A stretch of 64,000 nt of DNA from contig CAYLPP010000003.1 in NCBI GenBank assembly GCA_964385615.1, forward strand, positions 11,288-75,287. The letters are read 5' to 3'. A model generated the notes under the pieces. That model searched no databases. It was not told where the DNA came from and worked only from the letters and a program-made list of their open reading frames with translations. The number at the start of each line of letters is the position of its first letter. The first letter of the stretch is position 1. The position numbers and the translations under genes are program-made. Below are positions 19,160 through 28,503 of the stretch, piece after piece. The stretch comes from an uncultured bacterium. Its GTDB lineage: Bacteria > Omnitrophota > Omnitrophia > Omnitrophales > Aquincolibacteriaceae.

Positions 19160-20050
19160 ACAGCCTTCAGTTCCACAAGCTTTTTCGGCTTGAGAAGCGA
19201 CGGAGGCTGAATGGATCTTCGCAGCAGAGGGAACATCCTTGTTCAACGCAACCTCTCCAGATTTATAGGCTTTCGCAGTCGCTTCATTGCAAGCATCGGC
19301 CAATTCAGCCAAAGCGGTATTCCACACTTCGGCATTTTGACCGGCATTAAAAGGGCGTCCAAACAGCCCTATATCCAGCCGCCCAATCCCCTTTTTCTTA
19401 TCAATAATATGACACACAACATAGCTTATGAATCTCGGCAAAAGCATTTTAATTTTATCGGGCTTCCCCTTATACAACCGACAAAAATCCCCGAATAATT
19501 GTAGCGTTTGAATTTGGTCATGCGCGGCACCCGCCTGAGCCCGCTCGGCATTAATTTCCATAGCTATACGCTGCTCCTGTTCAGACAAATCCTTTTCTTC
19601 AATATTTAGAGATTCCAGTTTGTCTTTAACAGAACCCAACTGCGAAATTCCTTTTTCCGCCAATATGTCTACCAGATTAGATACCTGCGTTCTAACATCT
19701 TTGAGTTTTATTTTTACCCGTTCCCAATCTGTCTGTAATTCGTTGATTCTTCCTGCCGTTGACTGATTCGCCGACTGAACCGCATTAGTAATCATTTTGG
19801 AATCGAATTGCAAATTATGAATGAACTCAATAACGGCTCGATCAATTGCCTCAGCGGGCAAATAAATTAATTCGCAATCAATCCCACGTGTTTTATCTGC
19901 CTTCATACATGCATAATAGCGATGAATGTTGCTCCAAGGAAATACCCAAGAATATCCTGGCGGAACACATGAGCAATCCATTCGCCGGAATAAGAAGCTA
20001 ACCCATGATTGAAAATTGTGGCAACAAAAATTCCCGCCATAATGGACCAT
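19160..20050 (-). pseudogene. 5'-truncated large serine recombinase (zinc-ribbon and coiled-coil C-terminal region only), fused in frame to copy A
   Basis: RMDCSCVPPGYSW...RYYACMKADKTRGIDCELIYLPAEAIDRAVIEFI matches the Cx2C...YYxC...C zinc ribbon followed by the I.AE.L..AV helix of large serine recombinases. There is no resolvase catalytic domain upstream, and the frame runs into the UPF0016 gene. Confidence 0.5.
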
Positions 20051-20154
20051 GGCTTTTTAAAGCGTGCGGCCAAAGAAAAGGCTAGAAGCTGGGTTTTATC
20101 TCCCATTTCACTTAAGGCAACGAGAATGAAGGAACTTGCAATGACTTGAATCAT
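19903..20154 (-). CDS. UPF0016 (GDT1/TMEM165) single-repeat membrane protein, possibly truncated
   Basis: EMGDKTQL signature. Only 83 aa, and its 3' 148 nt overlaps the recombinase-remnant frame. Confidence 0.5.
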   Translation of the reverse strand: MIQVIASSFILVALSEMGDKTQLLAFSLAARFKKPWSIMAGIFVATIFNHGLASYSGEWIAHVFRQDILGYFLGATFIAIMHV

Positions 20155-20208
20155 TTAGACTCTTTTTTAAGGTCGAGTCCAAGAAATAATCATACGGCGG
20201 TGATAGTT

Positions 20209-21600
20209 TTATATTTTAAACGTTGTTTGGGTATAAAAGAAATTTGCGTCGTCATTAGCGCCTGTATCTCGTGTAAACGGACCTGCAAAAAAGTGCCCAT
20301 ATCCGATTAAAAGATTGAGGTGTTCTGTTATTTTAATATTGGCTAAGAGATCAAGCTCTTCTCCCAATTGAGTGTTCGCATTTGGATTTGCAGCGCGCAG
20401 GACTCCTCCATTGTCACTGAACCATGGCGATTCCTTAGCATCCAGAAAAAACCAATGAAAATCGGATATGAGTGACAATCGAGAATGAGGCTTAAGTGAA
20501 TTTCCGATCCGAATATCATTTATGTTCTTCAGGCCCACCAAATCCATGAAACCATATTTATCGTGATTGCTTGGGAAAAGATTATCGAATGTATTGAACT
20601 GGCCATCGCTTGGATTCCGGTCTCCTGAAGCGTGATTAAATTCCGCATAAAATCTCGGAGAGGCCCAAACCTTCGCAAAAGTGTAACCTGCTTCCTGATG
20701 GAAAGCCCAAGCCGCAATGCTATCGTGGGCCCGGCTTCCGAACTGAAGCGCATATTCAGTCCCGTAATCAAAATTCCACTTTTTACCTTTGAAGCGATTG
20801 CCCATTGTATATTCTTTTAACTGCCCCAATTCACCCGGACGCTCACCTTGAATTTCATTATTGCGGTCATGCCGAATAAAAAGAAATGTATCTAAAACCT
20901 GATCTTTAAAAGGTTTTAAAGTTGAATACATCCCATAGAGATTATCGTGATGCGCTGCCGTATCTGGTGTATCTTTTCTAACTGAAACCACTTGAGCAAA
21001 AAAAGTATCGAATTGAAACCAATCGCGAGGATGATAGACGGCCTTAACTGCGTCAAAAACGCGCCCGACATTCGACCAATCGGGCGAACCGATAAAACGC
21101 CCGTCACCATAAATCAATTCTTGCCGTCCGACTTTTACCGTCGCCGGTATTTTCTCAAAAGGAGAATCCATTTCTCCAAAGAGCTGCCTGAGATCAAACT
21201 GGTCAGTAAAAGCATTGGTCTTATCAAGGCTGCTCTCGGCAAAGCTGTGGGCCTCCTGCCCCTCTGTAAAAATACGAATCGATTTTGCGTTATCAAACGG
21301 CTTAACTTTCATATCAAGATTCAAACGATTTCTAAAAAGGTTTATCGCATCATCCTCGTAAGTCGAATCATTAAAATTAAAATCGTCCCTGTATTCAAAC
21401 CGGTACCGCGATTCAAGACCCGCCTTCATTTCTATCCTGCCGTTATCAAAGGAGACCGGTTGGACAATGGAGTCTACCCATGACTTTTTTTGAGATCCGA
21501 TTTCTACTGAGGCGAAGGTCTTTGCGCAAAAGGAGATCGTCAGAAAACACAGAAAAATATAAAGAGAAAGTCTTTCGAATAAATCAGTTTTCATAAGCAA
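20209..21600 (-). CDS. alginate export (AlgE-like) family outer-membrane beta-barrel protein
   Basis: Signal peptide, beta-barrel periodicity, a C-terminal aromatic residue and overall similarity to the Alginate_exp family (recalled). Confidence 0.5.
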   Translation of the reverse strand: MLMKTDLFERLSLYIFLCFLTISFCAKTFASVEIGSQKKSWVDSIVQPVSFDNGRIEMKAGLESRYRFEYRDDFNFNDSTYEDDAINLFRNRLNLDMKVKPFDNAKSIRIFTEGQEAHSFAESSLDKTNAFTDQFDLRQLFGEMDSPFEKIPATVKVGRQELIYGDGRFIGSPDWSNVGRVFDAVKAVYHPRDWFQFDTFFAQVVSVRKDTPDTAAHHDNLYGMYSTLKPFKDQVLDTFLFIRHDRNNEIQGERPGELGQLKEYTMGNRFKGKKWNFDYGTEYALQFGSRAHDSIAAWAFHQEAGYTFAKVWASPRFYAEFNHASGDRNPSDGQFNTFDNLFPSNHDKYGFMDLVGLKNINDIRIGNSLKPHSRLSLISDFHWFFLDAKESPWFSDNGGVLRAANPNANTQLGEELDLLANIKITEHLNLLIGYGHFFAGPFTRDTGANDDANFFYTQTTFKI

Positions 21601-21641
21601 ATAAATATAAGTTAAATCTCATGATCTTAATGTGATAAATA

Positions 21642-22205
21642 TCACGTCTTCAAATCCTCTTCAGAATTGATATTGACAAAGAAAGAAGGCTCAGATGGCA
21701 AAGGAATGAGTTTAATCGAGCGAGTTTTTTTAAGAAAAGCTTGCATTGAAAGCTCATTCTTTTTTAACCACTTCTCTGCGCTTTTCTTCAAAGATGAAGG
21801 ATAAATGCCTGGAAAAGGCTGGAATAAGTCATTGCCGGAATCAAAAAGCGTAATTGAAGAATATTGAAATACATTGAGAAGTTTTTCTAATGCTATTTTA
21901 TGAACATAAGGCATATCGCATGTGAGGATCAATAAAGAAGTACGAGGAAATAGACAAGCGGCTGTATAGATTCCCCCAAGCGGTCCTTTATCCGGAATCA
22001 CGTCATTTTCAATCCGGCAATCAAGAAAGGAATAATCCCGTGATGGATTTGCAATAACAATGGGTTCGATTTCCAGACTTTTAAGCAACTGCACTGGTTT
22101 TTCGATCAAACGCTCGCCGTCGATCTCAGCAAGCGACTTGTCAGTGCCGAAGCGCAGGCTTTTGCCACCTGCTAGCACGATTCCTTTAACCACGTTTCGA
22201 TCCAT
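21642..22205 (-). CDS. mobA: molybdenum cofactor guanylyltransferase MobA
   Basis: GIVLAGGKSLRFG...DK N-terminus. Confidence 0.8.
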   Translation of the reverse strand: MDRNVVKGIVLAGGKSLRFGTDKSLAEIDGERLIEKPVQLLKSLEIEPIVIANPSRDYSFLDCRIENDVIPDKGPLGGIYTAACLFPRTSLLILTCDMPYVHKIALEKLLNVFQYSSITLFDSGNDLFQPFPGIYPSSLKKSAEKWLKKNELSMQAFLKKTRSIKLIPLPSEPSFFVNINSEEDLKT

Positions 22206-22629
22206 GAATTACTTCTTCTGAATGAGCGCATGAAATCCAGGATTGTTTGCCATCAGCGTAAATTTCTTTTTTCCAAATGGGAACGTCACATTTTATTAAC
22301 TCGATAACATTCCGGCAGGCCTTGAAGGCTTCATCGCGATGCGCGGAATGAGCTTCGATTACAACCGCAATCTCTCCTATCCCAAGCCAGCCAATGCGGT
22401 GAAGCACACGGATTTCATCAACGCCCGTTTCCTTTTTGACTGCTTCAGCGATTCTCTGGATTTCTTTCTCGGCCATGGGTTCATAACAATCATAGAAGAG
22501 TTTTTGTACTTTGTGGCCGGCATGATGGTTTCGCACTCTTCCTACAAAAAAAGCCGATGCTCCACATGAAGCATTAGGCGATGAAAGAAAATCCTCAAGG
22601 CGAATAGGTTCACGGGTAATAAACTTCAT
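22186..22629 (-). CDS. moaE: molybdopterin synthase catalytic subunit MoaE
   Basis: MoaE length and blocks. It overlaps mobA. Confidence 0.75.
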   Translation of the reverse strand: MKFITREPIRLEDFLSSPNASCGASAFFVGRVRNHHAGHKVQKLFYDCYEPMAEKEIQRIAEAVKKETGVDEIRVLHRIGWLGIGEIAVVIEAHSAHRDEAFKACRNVIELIKCDVPIWKKEIYADGKQSWISCAHSEEVIHGSKRG

Positions 22630-22632
22630 TAA

Positions 22633-22878
22633 TCAACCTCCCGAAACCGGCGGCAATAAAACCAAGGTGTCATTCTCGTTTAAGATGCGATCATCAGCCG
22701 CCCATTCTTCATTGACCGCCTTGTTAAGGGCAAGTCCTCGTAGTTTTTCCGGTCCTGCTTGCCGGCGCAACACTTCCTCTACTTCCCCGACCGATATCTT
22801 TTCTGAGACATTGAGATCCTGACTATCACAACCAAAAATGTCGCGCAATTGAGCAAAGTATAAAACTTTGATTCTCAT
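22633..22878 (-). CDS. moaD: molybdopterin synthase sulfur carrier MoaD
   Basis: 81 aa ending in GG. Confidence 0.75.
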   Translation of the reverse strand: MRIKVLYFAQLRDIFGCDSQDLNVSEKISVGEVEEVLRRQAGPEKLRGLALNKAVNEEWAADDRILNENDTLVLLPPVSGG

Positions 22879-24089
22879 GGCAGTTTATCCACGGCTAATT
22901 GCCGGCCTTTCTTCAGATTTTTATTTCCCGGCGGAACCACAAGAAAACCGTTCGTTTCATGCAATGATGAAATCATGTGAGAACCCTGATACGGAAGCAC
23001 TGAAATGCGATTGTTCTCTTCTAATTTACTTTTAAGAAATAACGTTTTTGCAGAATCACATTTAATGTTTTGCTTCACAAGGACTTTCTGCCTTTCAAGA
23101 AAGGGATTATGAAACCCCATAAGATTGCGGATTGCAGGAAGGACGTATTCGTAGAAACACATGTGGGCACTTGCAGGGTTTCCAGGCAGTCCAAAAATGA
23201 GTTTTGATCCAATCTTACCAAAATAAATTGGTTTGCCAGGCTTCTGGCTTACTTTCCAAAAAAGAGTTTTGACGCCAATTTCTCCAAGAACCGTCTTAGA
23301 AAAATCATAATCACCTACTGAAACGCCTCCGGTAAGTAAAATCAGGTCACTTTTGCGTAAAGCCTGAACGAGCGCCTGACGTAAGACATCTGATTTGTCC
23401 GGAAGTGCTTTTAGAATATGAGGACGAATCCCCAATGAGATTAACGCGGCAAGGAGCATTGGAGAATTACTATCGTAGATTTTTCCAAACGCCAGCTTTT
23501 TTCCCGGCATTACAAGCTCTGAACCTGTTGTGAGAATAGCGACTTTCGGTTTGGCATAAACAGCCACTTTTGTTCTTCCAACTTGCGAGAGAAAAGCAAT
23601 GGTTCCTGAATGAATAGGAATCTTACATAGATCAAGCTGCACGCCTTTTTGGATTTCTTCGCCCTTCTTACGGATATGCCTGCCTTTTTCTATGGGCTCT
23701 GAAATTTTCAAGAATTCATTTTCGACAAGAGCCATTTCCTTTGCAAGGACAGTATCTGCGCCAACCGGAATCGGAGCCCCCGTCATAATGCGTACAGCTT
23801 CTTTGGTTTTCAATTTCTTCGTGGCAGGATCACCCGCTTTCAGCGTGCCAATTATTTTTAAGAATACCGGACTTTTACTTTGATGAGCTTTCAGCGTATC
23901 TTGAGAGTTTAAAGCAAAACCATCCATGGCAGAATTATCCCAATGCGGTAAAGGAATAGGGACTCGAATCTTTTCAGCAAGGATACAACCGAGCGCCTCC
24001 ATTAGCGGAACAGACTCGATGCGTTTAAAACGGCTATTTTTAAGAATGATTTTGTGAGCAACTTCCGGAGAAATCATAAAGCGCTCCAA
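22875..24089 (-). CDS. moeA: molybdopterin molybdotransferase MoeA
   Basis: MoeA domain order with a GGVSVGDYD block. Confidence 0.8.
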   Translation of the reverse strand: MERFMISPEVAHKIILKNSRFKRIESVPLMEALGCILAEKIRVPIPLPHWDNSAMDGFALNSQDTLKAHQSKSPVFLKIIGTLKAGDPATKKLKTKEAVRIMTGAPIPVGADTVLAKEMALVENEFLKISEPIEKGRHIRKKGEEIQKGVQLDLCKIPIHSGTIAFLSQVGRTKVAVYAKPKVAILTTGSELVMPGKKLAFGKIYDSNSPMLLAALISLGIRPHILKALPDKSDVLRQALVQALRKSDLILLTGGVSVGDYDFSKTVLGEIGVKTLFWKVSQKPGKPIYFGKIGSKLIFGLPGNPASAHMCFYEYVLPAIRNLMGFHNPFLERQKVLVKQNIKCDSAKTLFLKSKLEENNRISVLPYQGSHMISSLHETNGFLVVPPGNKNLKKGRQLAVDKLP

Positions 24090-24823
24090 AGAAGCCTGGC
24101 TGCGGCATACATGATAAAAGCGCCGATGACTCTTCTGAGATTGCGTTCAGGGATATGATAAGCGCCAAGCCTTGATCCGATTTGTCCGCCAATAAATACA
24201 GCAAGCATTAAAGGAAGAAGCCCCTGAAAATGCAGGGAACTTTTATGCAAATGCCCTGCAAGAGCCGCGAGTGAATTGACAAAAATAAAAAAGCTCGCTG
24301 AAGCCGCAGCTTCTTTGGCATCAACCCACTGGATCAAAAGGAGCAAAGGGCTCAGAAAAATTCCACCTCCGATTCCGAGCATCCCGGAGAAAAATCCAAT
24401 AATGCCGCCCAACGGAAGACCCAGTATCCAAAACTTTGATGAAGGCTGCACTTTCACTTCCGATTTTCCGCTGATCATCATTCGGATTGCAACCGCCATA
24501 AGAGCCAACCCCAGAAGAATCGAAAAGGCTTGCTTGGAAATAGGGATTCGGCCGCCCAAGTAGGCCATAGGAATGGAAAAGATAACGAAAGGCAGAATTT
24601 TTTTAAACTCAAAATGGCCTGCTTTAAAAAATTGCCAAAAGGCTGTTCCGCTTACGACAAGATTGCAGATTAAGGCAATAGGCGGAATATCGAGATAGGA
24701 ATATCCGGTTAAGATAAGAACAGCAAGGTAGGACGAACCGCCGCCAAATCCCATAATCGAATAAACAACCGCAACAAGAAAAAAAAGAACAATCGTAAGC
24801 GGAGCCACGCCAAATAACATCAA
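24074..24823 (-). CDS. TauE/SafE (DUF81) family sulfite-exporter-like membrane protein
   Basis: Two-repeat TM protein with GGG-rich motifs, embedded in the Moco operon. Confidence 0.65.
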   Translation of the reverse strand: MMLFGVAPLTIVLFFLVAVVYSIMGFGGGSSYLAVLILTGYSYLDIPPIALICNLVVSGTAFWQFFKAGHFEFKKILPFVIFSIPMAYLGGRIPISKQAFSILLGLALMAVAIRMMISGKSEVKVQPSSKFWILGLPLGGIIGFFSGMLGIGGGIFLSPLLLLIQWVDAKEAAASASFFIFVNSLAALAGHLHKSSLHFQGLLPLMLAVFIGGQIGSRLGAYHIPERNLRRVIGAFIMYAAARLLWSAL

Positions 24824-25722
24824 TGTCCCATTCCTTTCATCATTCCATACCCGTGAAGAATCGCTGGAAAAATCGCATTGAGCGTTTCCTCTGTTCCTTT
24901 AGAAGATCCTGGAAGATTCACAATCAAAGTGTTTCCTTTTTGTCCTGCGAGGCCGCGGGAAAGCATGGCATAAGGAGTTCTTTTCTGGCCATATGCGCGT
25001 CCTGCTTCCATAATTCCGGGGATCTCGCGCTCAATGACTTCGCGCGTGGCTTCAACGGTCACATCACGCGGCCCGAGTCCGGTCCCGCCGGTTGTCAAAA
25101 TGAGCTGCACTTTTTCATCACACATTTTTTTCAGTTCCTTGACAATGCGTTCTTTTTCATCCGGCAAAATCGTGTAGCGGGGCTCAATGCCAAAGCTTTT
25201 TAATCTTCCCTGAATCACCTTTCCGGATTTGTCCTCCCGCTTTCCCTGGGAAGTCCCGTCCGAAGTCACAATGATTGCGGCAGAGAAACCTTTCGGAATT
25301 CTTTCAATAAAGTCGCTTTTCCCTCCGCGCTTTGAAATCAGTTTGGTGGATACAATTTCAAGTTCAACATCGAGCGGCTTGAGCATATCGTAAAGCGTCA
25401 GCGCCGCGACCGAAGCCGCAGTAAGCGCTTCCATTTCAACGCCAGTCTTGGCAACTGTTGAAGCGGAGGCTGTGAAGGTGACTGAATCATTGCCCAATTC
25501 ATATTCGACCTCCACATAATCGAGCGGCAACGGATGGCAAAAGGGTATAATCTCTCCTGTTTTCTTCGCCGCCGAAATTCCCGCAATGCGGGCTACGACA
25601 AGCGCATCTTTTTTTGGCAGATCATTTGATTTTAACCGGCGAATCGCCGTGGGCGTTGTACGAAGCGTGCTTTGCGCCAAGGCTGTCCGTAAGGTTTCGA
25701 TTTTGTCTGAAACTGATTTCAC
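24820..25722 (-). CDS. moaC: bifunctional MoaC / MogA(MoaB) protein
   Basis: N-terminal MoaC blocks followed by a MogA-type domain (TTGGTGLGPRD). Confidence 0.75.
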   Translation of the reverse strand: MKSVSDKIETLRTALAQSTLRTTPTAIRRLKSNDLPKKDALVVARIAGISAAKKTGEIIPFCHPLPLDYVEVEYELGNDSVTFTASASTVAKTGVEMEALTAASVAALTLYDMLKPLDVELEIVSTKLISKRGGKSDFIERIPKGFSAAIIVTSDGTSQGKREDKSGKVIQGRLKSFGIEPRYTILPDEKERIVKELKKMCDEKVQLILTTGGTGLGPRDVTVEATREVIEREIPGIMEAGRAYGQKRTPYAMLSRGLAGQKGNTLIVNLPGSSKGTEETLNAIFPAILHGYGMMKGMGH

Positions 25723-25723
25723 T

Positions 25724-26722
25724 TTATCCCCCTATTTTCCGGATCGCCGGGCCTGCGCCACGCACGGTTTCTTCAGAAACGTCAAAAGGTTTATTGCGGA
25801 AAGCATTGCCTGCCGGTTTAATCCTTACCGCTTCGCGAATAGCTGTCTCAATGGCTTCATCTGGTGCATTCTCGCGCAAAAGTTGTTTGATCGGAACTTG
25901 GACATCTGAAAAAAGACAGGGCCGAATATTGCCGTCCGCGGTCAAACGGATACGCGAGCACTGATCGCAAAATGATTCTGTAAGCGAACCGATAAATCCC
26001 ACTCTTCCTTTACCAGAAAGCAAGCGAAAGGTTTGAGCGGGCGCATCGTCCCGCGGAATTTCTTCGAGTTCAAAGTGTTCCTGGACAATACTCCGGATTT
26101 TAGCAATCGGAAAAACAAGATCCGGCCGCCAGGCCTCGCCGCAAAGCGGCATAAATTCAAGAAATCTCACATCAAGCGGCCAATCTTTAGCAAGACCCAC
26201 AAACTCAAGAATCTCATCGCGCGTGAGGCCACGAAGTGCAACCATATTCAGTTTTACAGGAAATCCTATTTTGAGTGCGAGAAACACAGCCTGCATGACC
26301 TCTCGAAAAGCATTAACCAAAGTCACTTCATGGAAACGTTTTTCATTCATGCTGTCGAGACTAATATTAATGCGGTCAAGACCCGCTTCTTTTAAAGATT
26401 CAAGCATCGGAGCAAGACGGCTAGCATTTGTTGTAATGGAAACGTCTTTTGTGCCTGCGCTTTTTAAGGATTGAATGATCTCCGCGATATCTTCTCGAAG
26501 AAGCGGTTCTCCACCCGTGAGGCGGACCTTTTCTATTCCAAGTGAGTTTGCGATACGGACGAAGCGAACGATTTCATGCCGCGTTAAATAATGAGAAGGC
26601 GGTAGAATGGGAATAGACGAAGTCGTGCAGTAAGTGCAACGAAAATTACAAAGTTCGGTAAGCGATATGCGCAAAGAACGCACCCGCCTGCCGAAAGAAT
26701 CGAACAATCTTTCGGGTTTCAT
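25724..26722 (-). CDS. moaA: GTP 3',8-cyclase MoaA (radical SAM)
   Basis: LTELCNFRCTYC radical-SAM motif and a C-terminal second-cluster Cys motif. The start is MKPERL at 26722 with a GGAG ribosome-binding site. Confidence 0.85.
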   Translation of the reverse strand: MKPERLFDSFGRRVRSLRISLTELCNFRCTYCTTSSIPILPPSHYLTRHEIVRFVRIANSLGIEKVRLTGGEPLLREDIAEIIQSLKSAGTKDVSITTNASRLAPMLESLKEAGLDRINISLDSMNEKRFHEVTLVNAFREVMQAVFLALKIGFPVKLNMVALRGLTRDEILEFVGLAKDWPLDVRFLEFMPLCGEAWRPDLVFPIAKIRSIVQEHFELEEIPRDDAPAQTFRLLSGKGRVGFIGSLTESFCDQCSRIRLTADGNIRPCLFSDVQVPIKQLLRENAPDEAIETAIREAVRIKPAGNAFRNKPFDVSEETVRGAGPAIRKIGG

Positions 26723-26730
26723 GGATCTCC

Positions 26731-26880
26731 TTGGCAATTCATCCCTCAATTTAAGGGAATCGGCTGGCTGCACCGTTTCCGGTGAAGCCCCGTTCTGGGA
26801 GCCATAGCGTGCATGCTTTAGGCTATCAGAATCGGAGAATTCAAAATTAATATTGAAATTTATTATAAGTTAATTTTTTC
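26731..26880 (-). ncRNA. candidate Moco (molybdenum cofactor) riboswitch in the moaA leader
   Basis: About 150-nt leader upstream of the Moco operon. On the minus strand it carries GGGCTTCACCG-GAAA-CGGTGCAGCC, a 10-bp stem with one mismatch capped by a GNRA tetraloop, and a duplicated CCGATTC element. No consensus check was possible. Confidence 0.3.
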
Positions 26881-26900
26881 TATTTAAAAGGCTTTTGTGT

Positions 26901-27818
26901 CTATGCAACTTGTGAATGAGCGTCGTTCCAGCGCCAGCGGTTGTGCATCCAGAGCGTCCAATCTTCAGGACGTTTCATGATTTCTTGTTGAAGATGCCTC
27001 ATATAATTCTGGGTGTTGGCCAGGATATCGGCTTTAGTGTCATGTGTTTGCTTTAAAGGAAAAGGATCTCCGAAAACAAGAACGGATTTTTTATTTTCTT
27101 TCCGGTAAAAAAAGGCAGGGATGACCGCGGAATCATATTTTAAAGCTAAGACAGCCGGCAAAGATGAAGTCGCGGCTTTCTGCCCGAAAAAATCGGGCCA
27201 CACGGCTCCTTTTTTCGCATGTTCATCAATCAGCATTGCAATCACCTGATTTTGTTTCAATAAGCGCACACATTTTTGAACTGCCCCTTCTTTGTTGATC
27301 GTTTTTAGCCCGGTTAACCCGCGTAAACGTTTGATGTATTGATCTACAAAAGTATTTTTATGTGGTTTACCGATGGCATGGAGAGGAATGCCTTTGGCGG
27401 CAGCCGCAACTCCGGCCAATTCCCAATTCCCAAAATGGGAAACAACGAGAATTACTCCCTTCCCTCGACTAAGAGCTCGCCAAACATTTTCCTCACCTTC
27501 AATTTCAATGTAAGCGGCCGGCCTTTTTGAAATAATCGGCAAGCGGATAAATTCGAAAATGACTTTGATCATATTTTGCATAGAGCCACGGCCAATCCTT
27601 TGGATTTCCTTTTCAGATTTTTTGGGAAATGCTTGATGCAAATTCCGCGTACAAAATTCCCGTCTGCGTTTACGCAGATAAAGAAGAGAGCCAATCCCTT
27701 CTGCGAGGCGTGCAGAAGTAACGCCGCTTAGACGATTAACGACAACCGTGAGGGTGCGGAAGAAAAGATAGCTCAGGTAAGAAGTAAGTTTAGCGGGTTG
27801 TTGTTCAGTAGTATGCAT
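26901..27818 (-). CDS. lysophospholipid/lipid A acyltransferase (LpxL/HtrB-like)
   Basis: SHFGNWE HX4E acyltransferase motif. Confidence 0.7.
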   Translation of the reverse strand: MHTTEQQPAKLTSYLSYLFFRTLTVVVNRLSGVTSARLAEGIGSLLYLRKRRREFCTRNLHQAFPKKSEKEIQRIGRGSMQNMIKVIFEFIRLPIISKRPAAYIEIEGEENVWRALSRGKGVILVVSHFGNWELAGVAAAAKGIPLHAIGKPHKNTFVDQYIKRLRGLTGLKTINKEGAVQKCVRLLKQNQVIAMLIDEHAKKGAVWPDFFGQKAATSSLPAVLALKYDSAVIPAFFYRKENKKSVLVFGDPFPLKQTHDTKADILANTQNYMRHLQQEIMKRPEDWTLWMHNRWRWNDAHSQVA

Positions 27819-27858
27819 AGATGACTCCGATCCATTTGTCAGTTACACATAAATCAAT

Positions 27859-28503
27859 TTAAAGGCTTTGACTTGGCGCAATATAAAAAAGCATCCCAAA
27901 AAAATGAGCCATACTTCCACAAATCACAAAAAGATGCCATAACGTGTGATGGTAGGGAAGTTTCTTCCACGCATAGAAAATGGTTCCAAAAGTATAGGCA
28001 AGTCCCCCGATCAGGAGCCATAGAATGAGCCCCTTCTCGCAAGACTGAGTTAATGGTTTGATTGCGATCACAACTAGCCAGCCCATGATCAGGTATAAAA
28101 GAATGGACAGAATCTTGAACCGCTCTATTGCAAAAGCATGCAAACAAATGCCTAACAGTGCCATACCCCAAATGATCCCAAAGAGTGACCAACCCCATGC
28201 TCCGCGTAGAATAACTAGTGCAACAGGCGTGTAACTACCGGCAATAAGAAGATAAATACTGCTATGGTCGAGAATTTTCAAAACACGCTTTGCAGCATCA
28301 TGCGTAATGCTGTGATAGAGCGTGGACACCAGATATAAGATAATGAGAGTTGCTCCAAAAATACTAAGGCTCGTGACCGCCCGAACACTTCCCACAGTGG
28401 CCGATACAACAAGGAGAATAACAAGCCCTGCAATACTTAATAGAGTCGCAATACCATGAGTAATACTATTCGCAATTTCTTCTTCACGCGTTTGGATTCG
28501 CAT
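27859..28503 (-). CDS. hemolysin III / PAQR family membrane protein
   Basis: Seven TM helices with the HxxxH and HHT motifs of YqfA/Hly-III. The start is MRIQTREEE at 28503. Confidence 0.7.
   Translation of the reverse strand: MRIQTREEEIANSITHGIATLLSIAGLVILLVVSATVGSVRAVTSLSIFGATLIILYLVSTLYHSITHDAAKRVLKILDHSSIYLLIAGSYTPVALVILRGAWGWSLFGIIWGMALLGICLHAFAIERFKILSILLYLIMGWLVVIAIKPLTQSCEKGLILWLLIGGLAYTFGTIFYAWKKLPYHHTLWHLFVICGSMAHFFGMLFYIAPSQSL

Noticed and set aside
18530-20050. Diversity-generating retroelement (template/variable repeat) or retron explanation for the repeated gene family
   Set aside because: No reverse transcriptase gene is present in the window, and the copies differ by ordinary divergence rather than adenine-specific substitutions.
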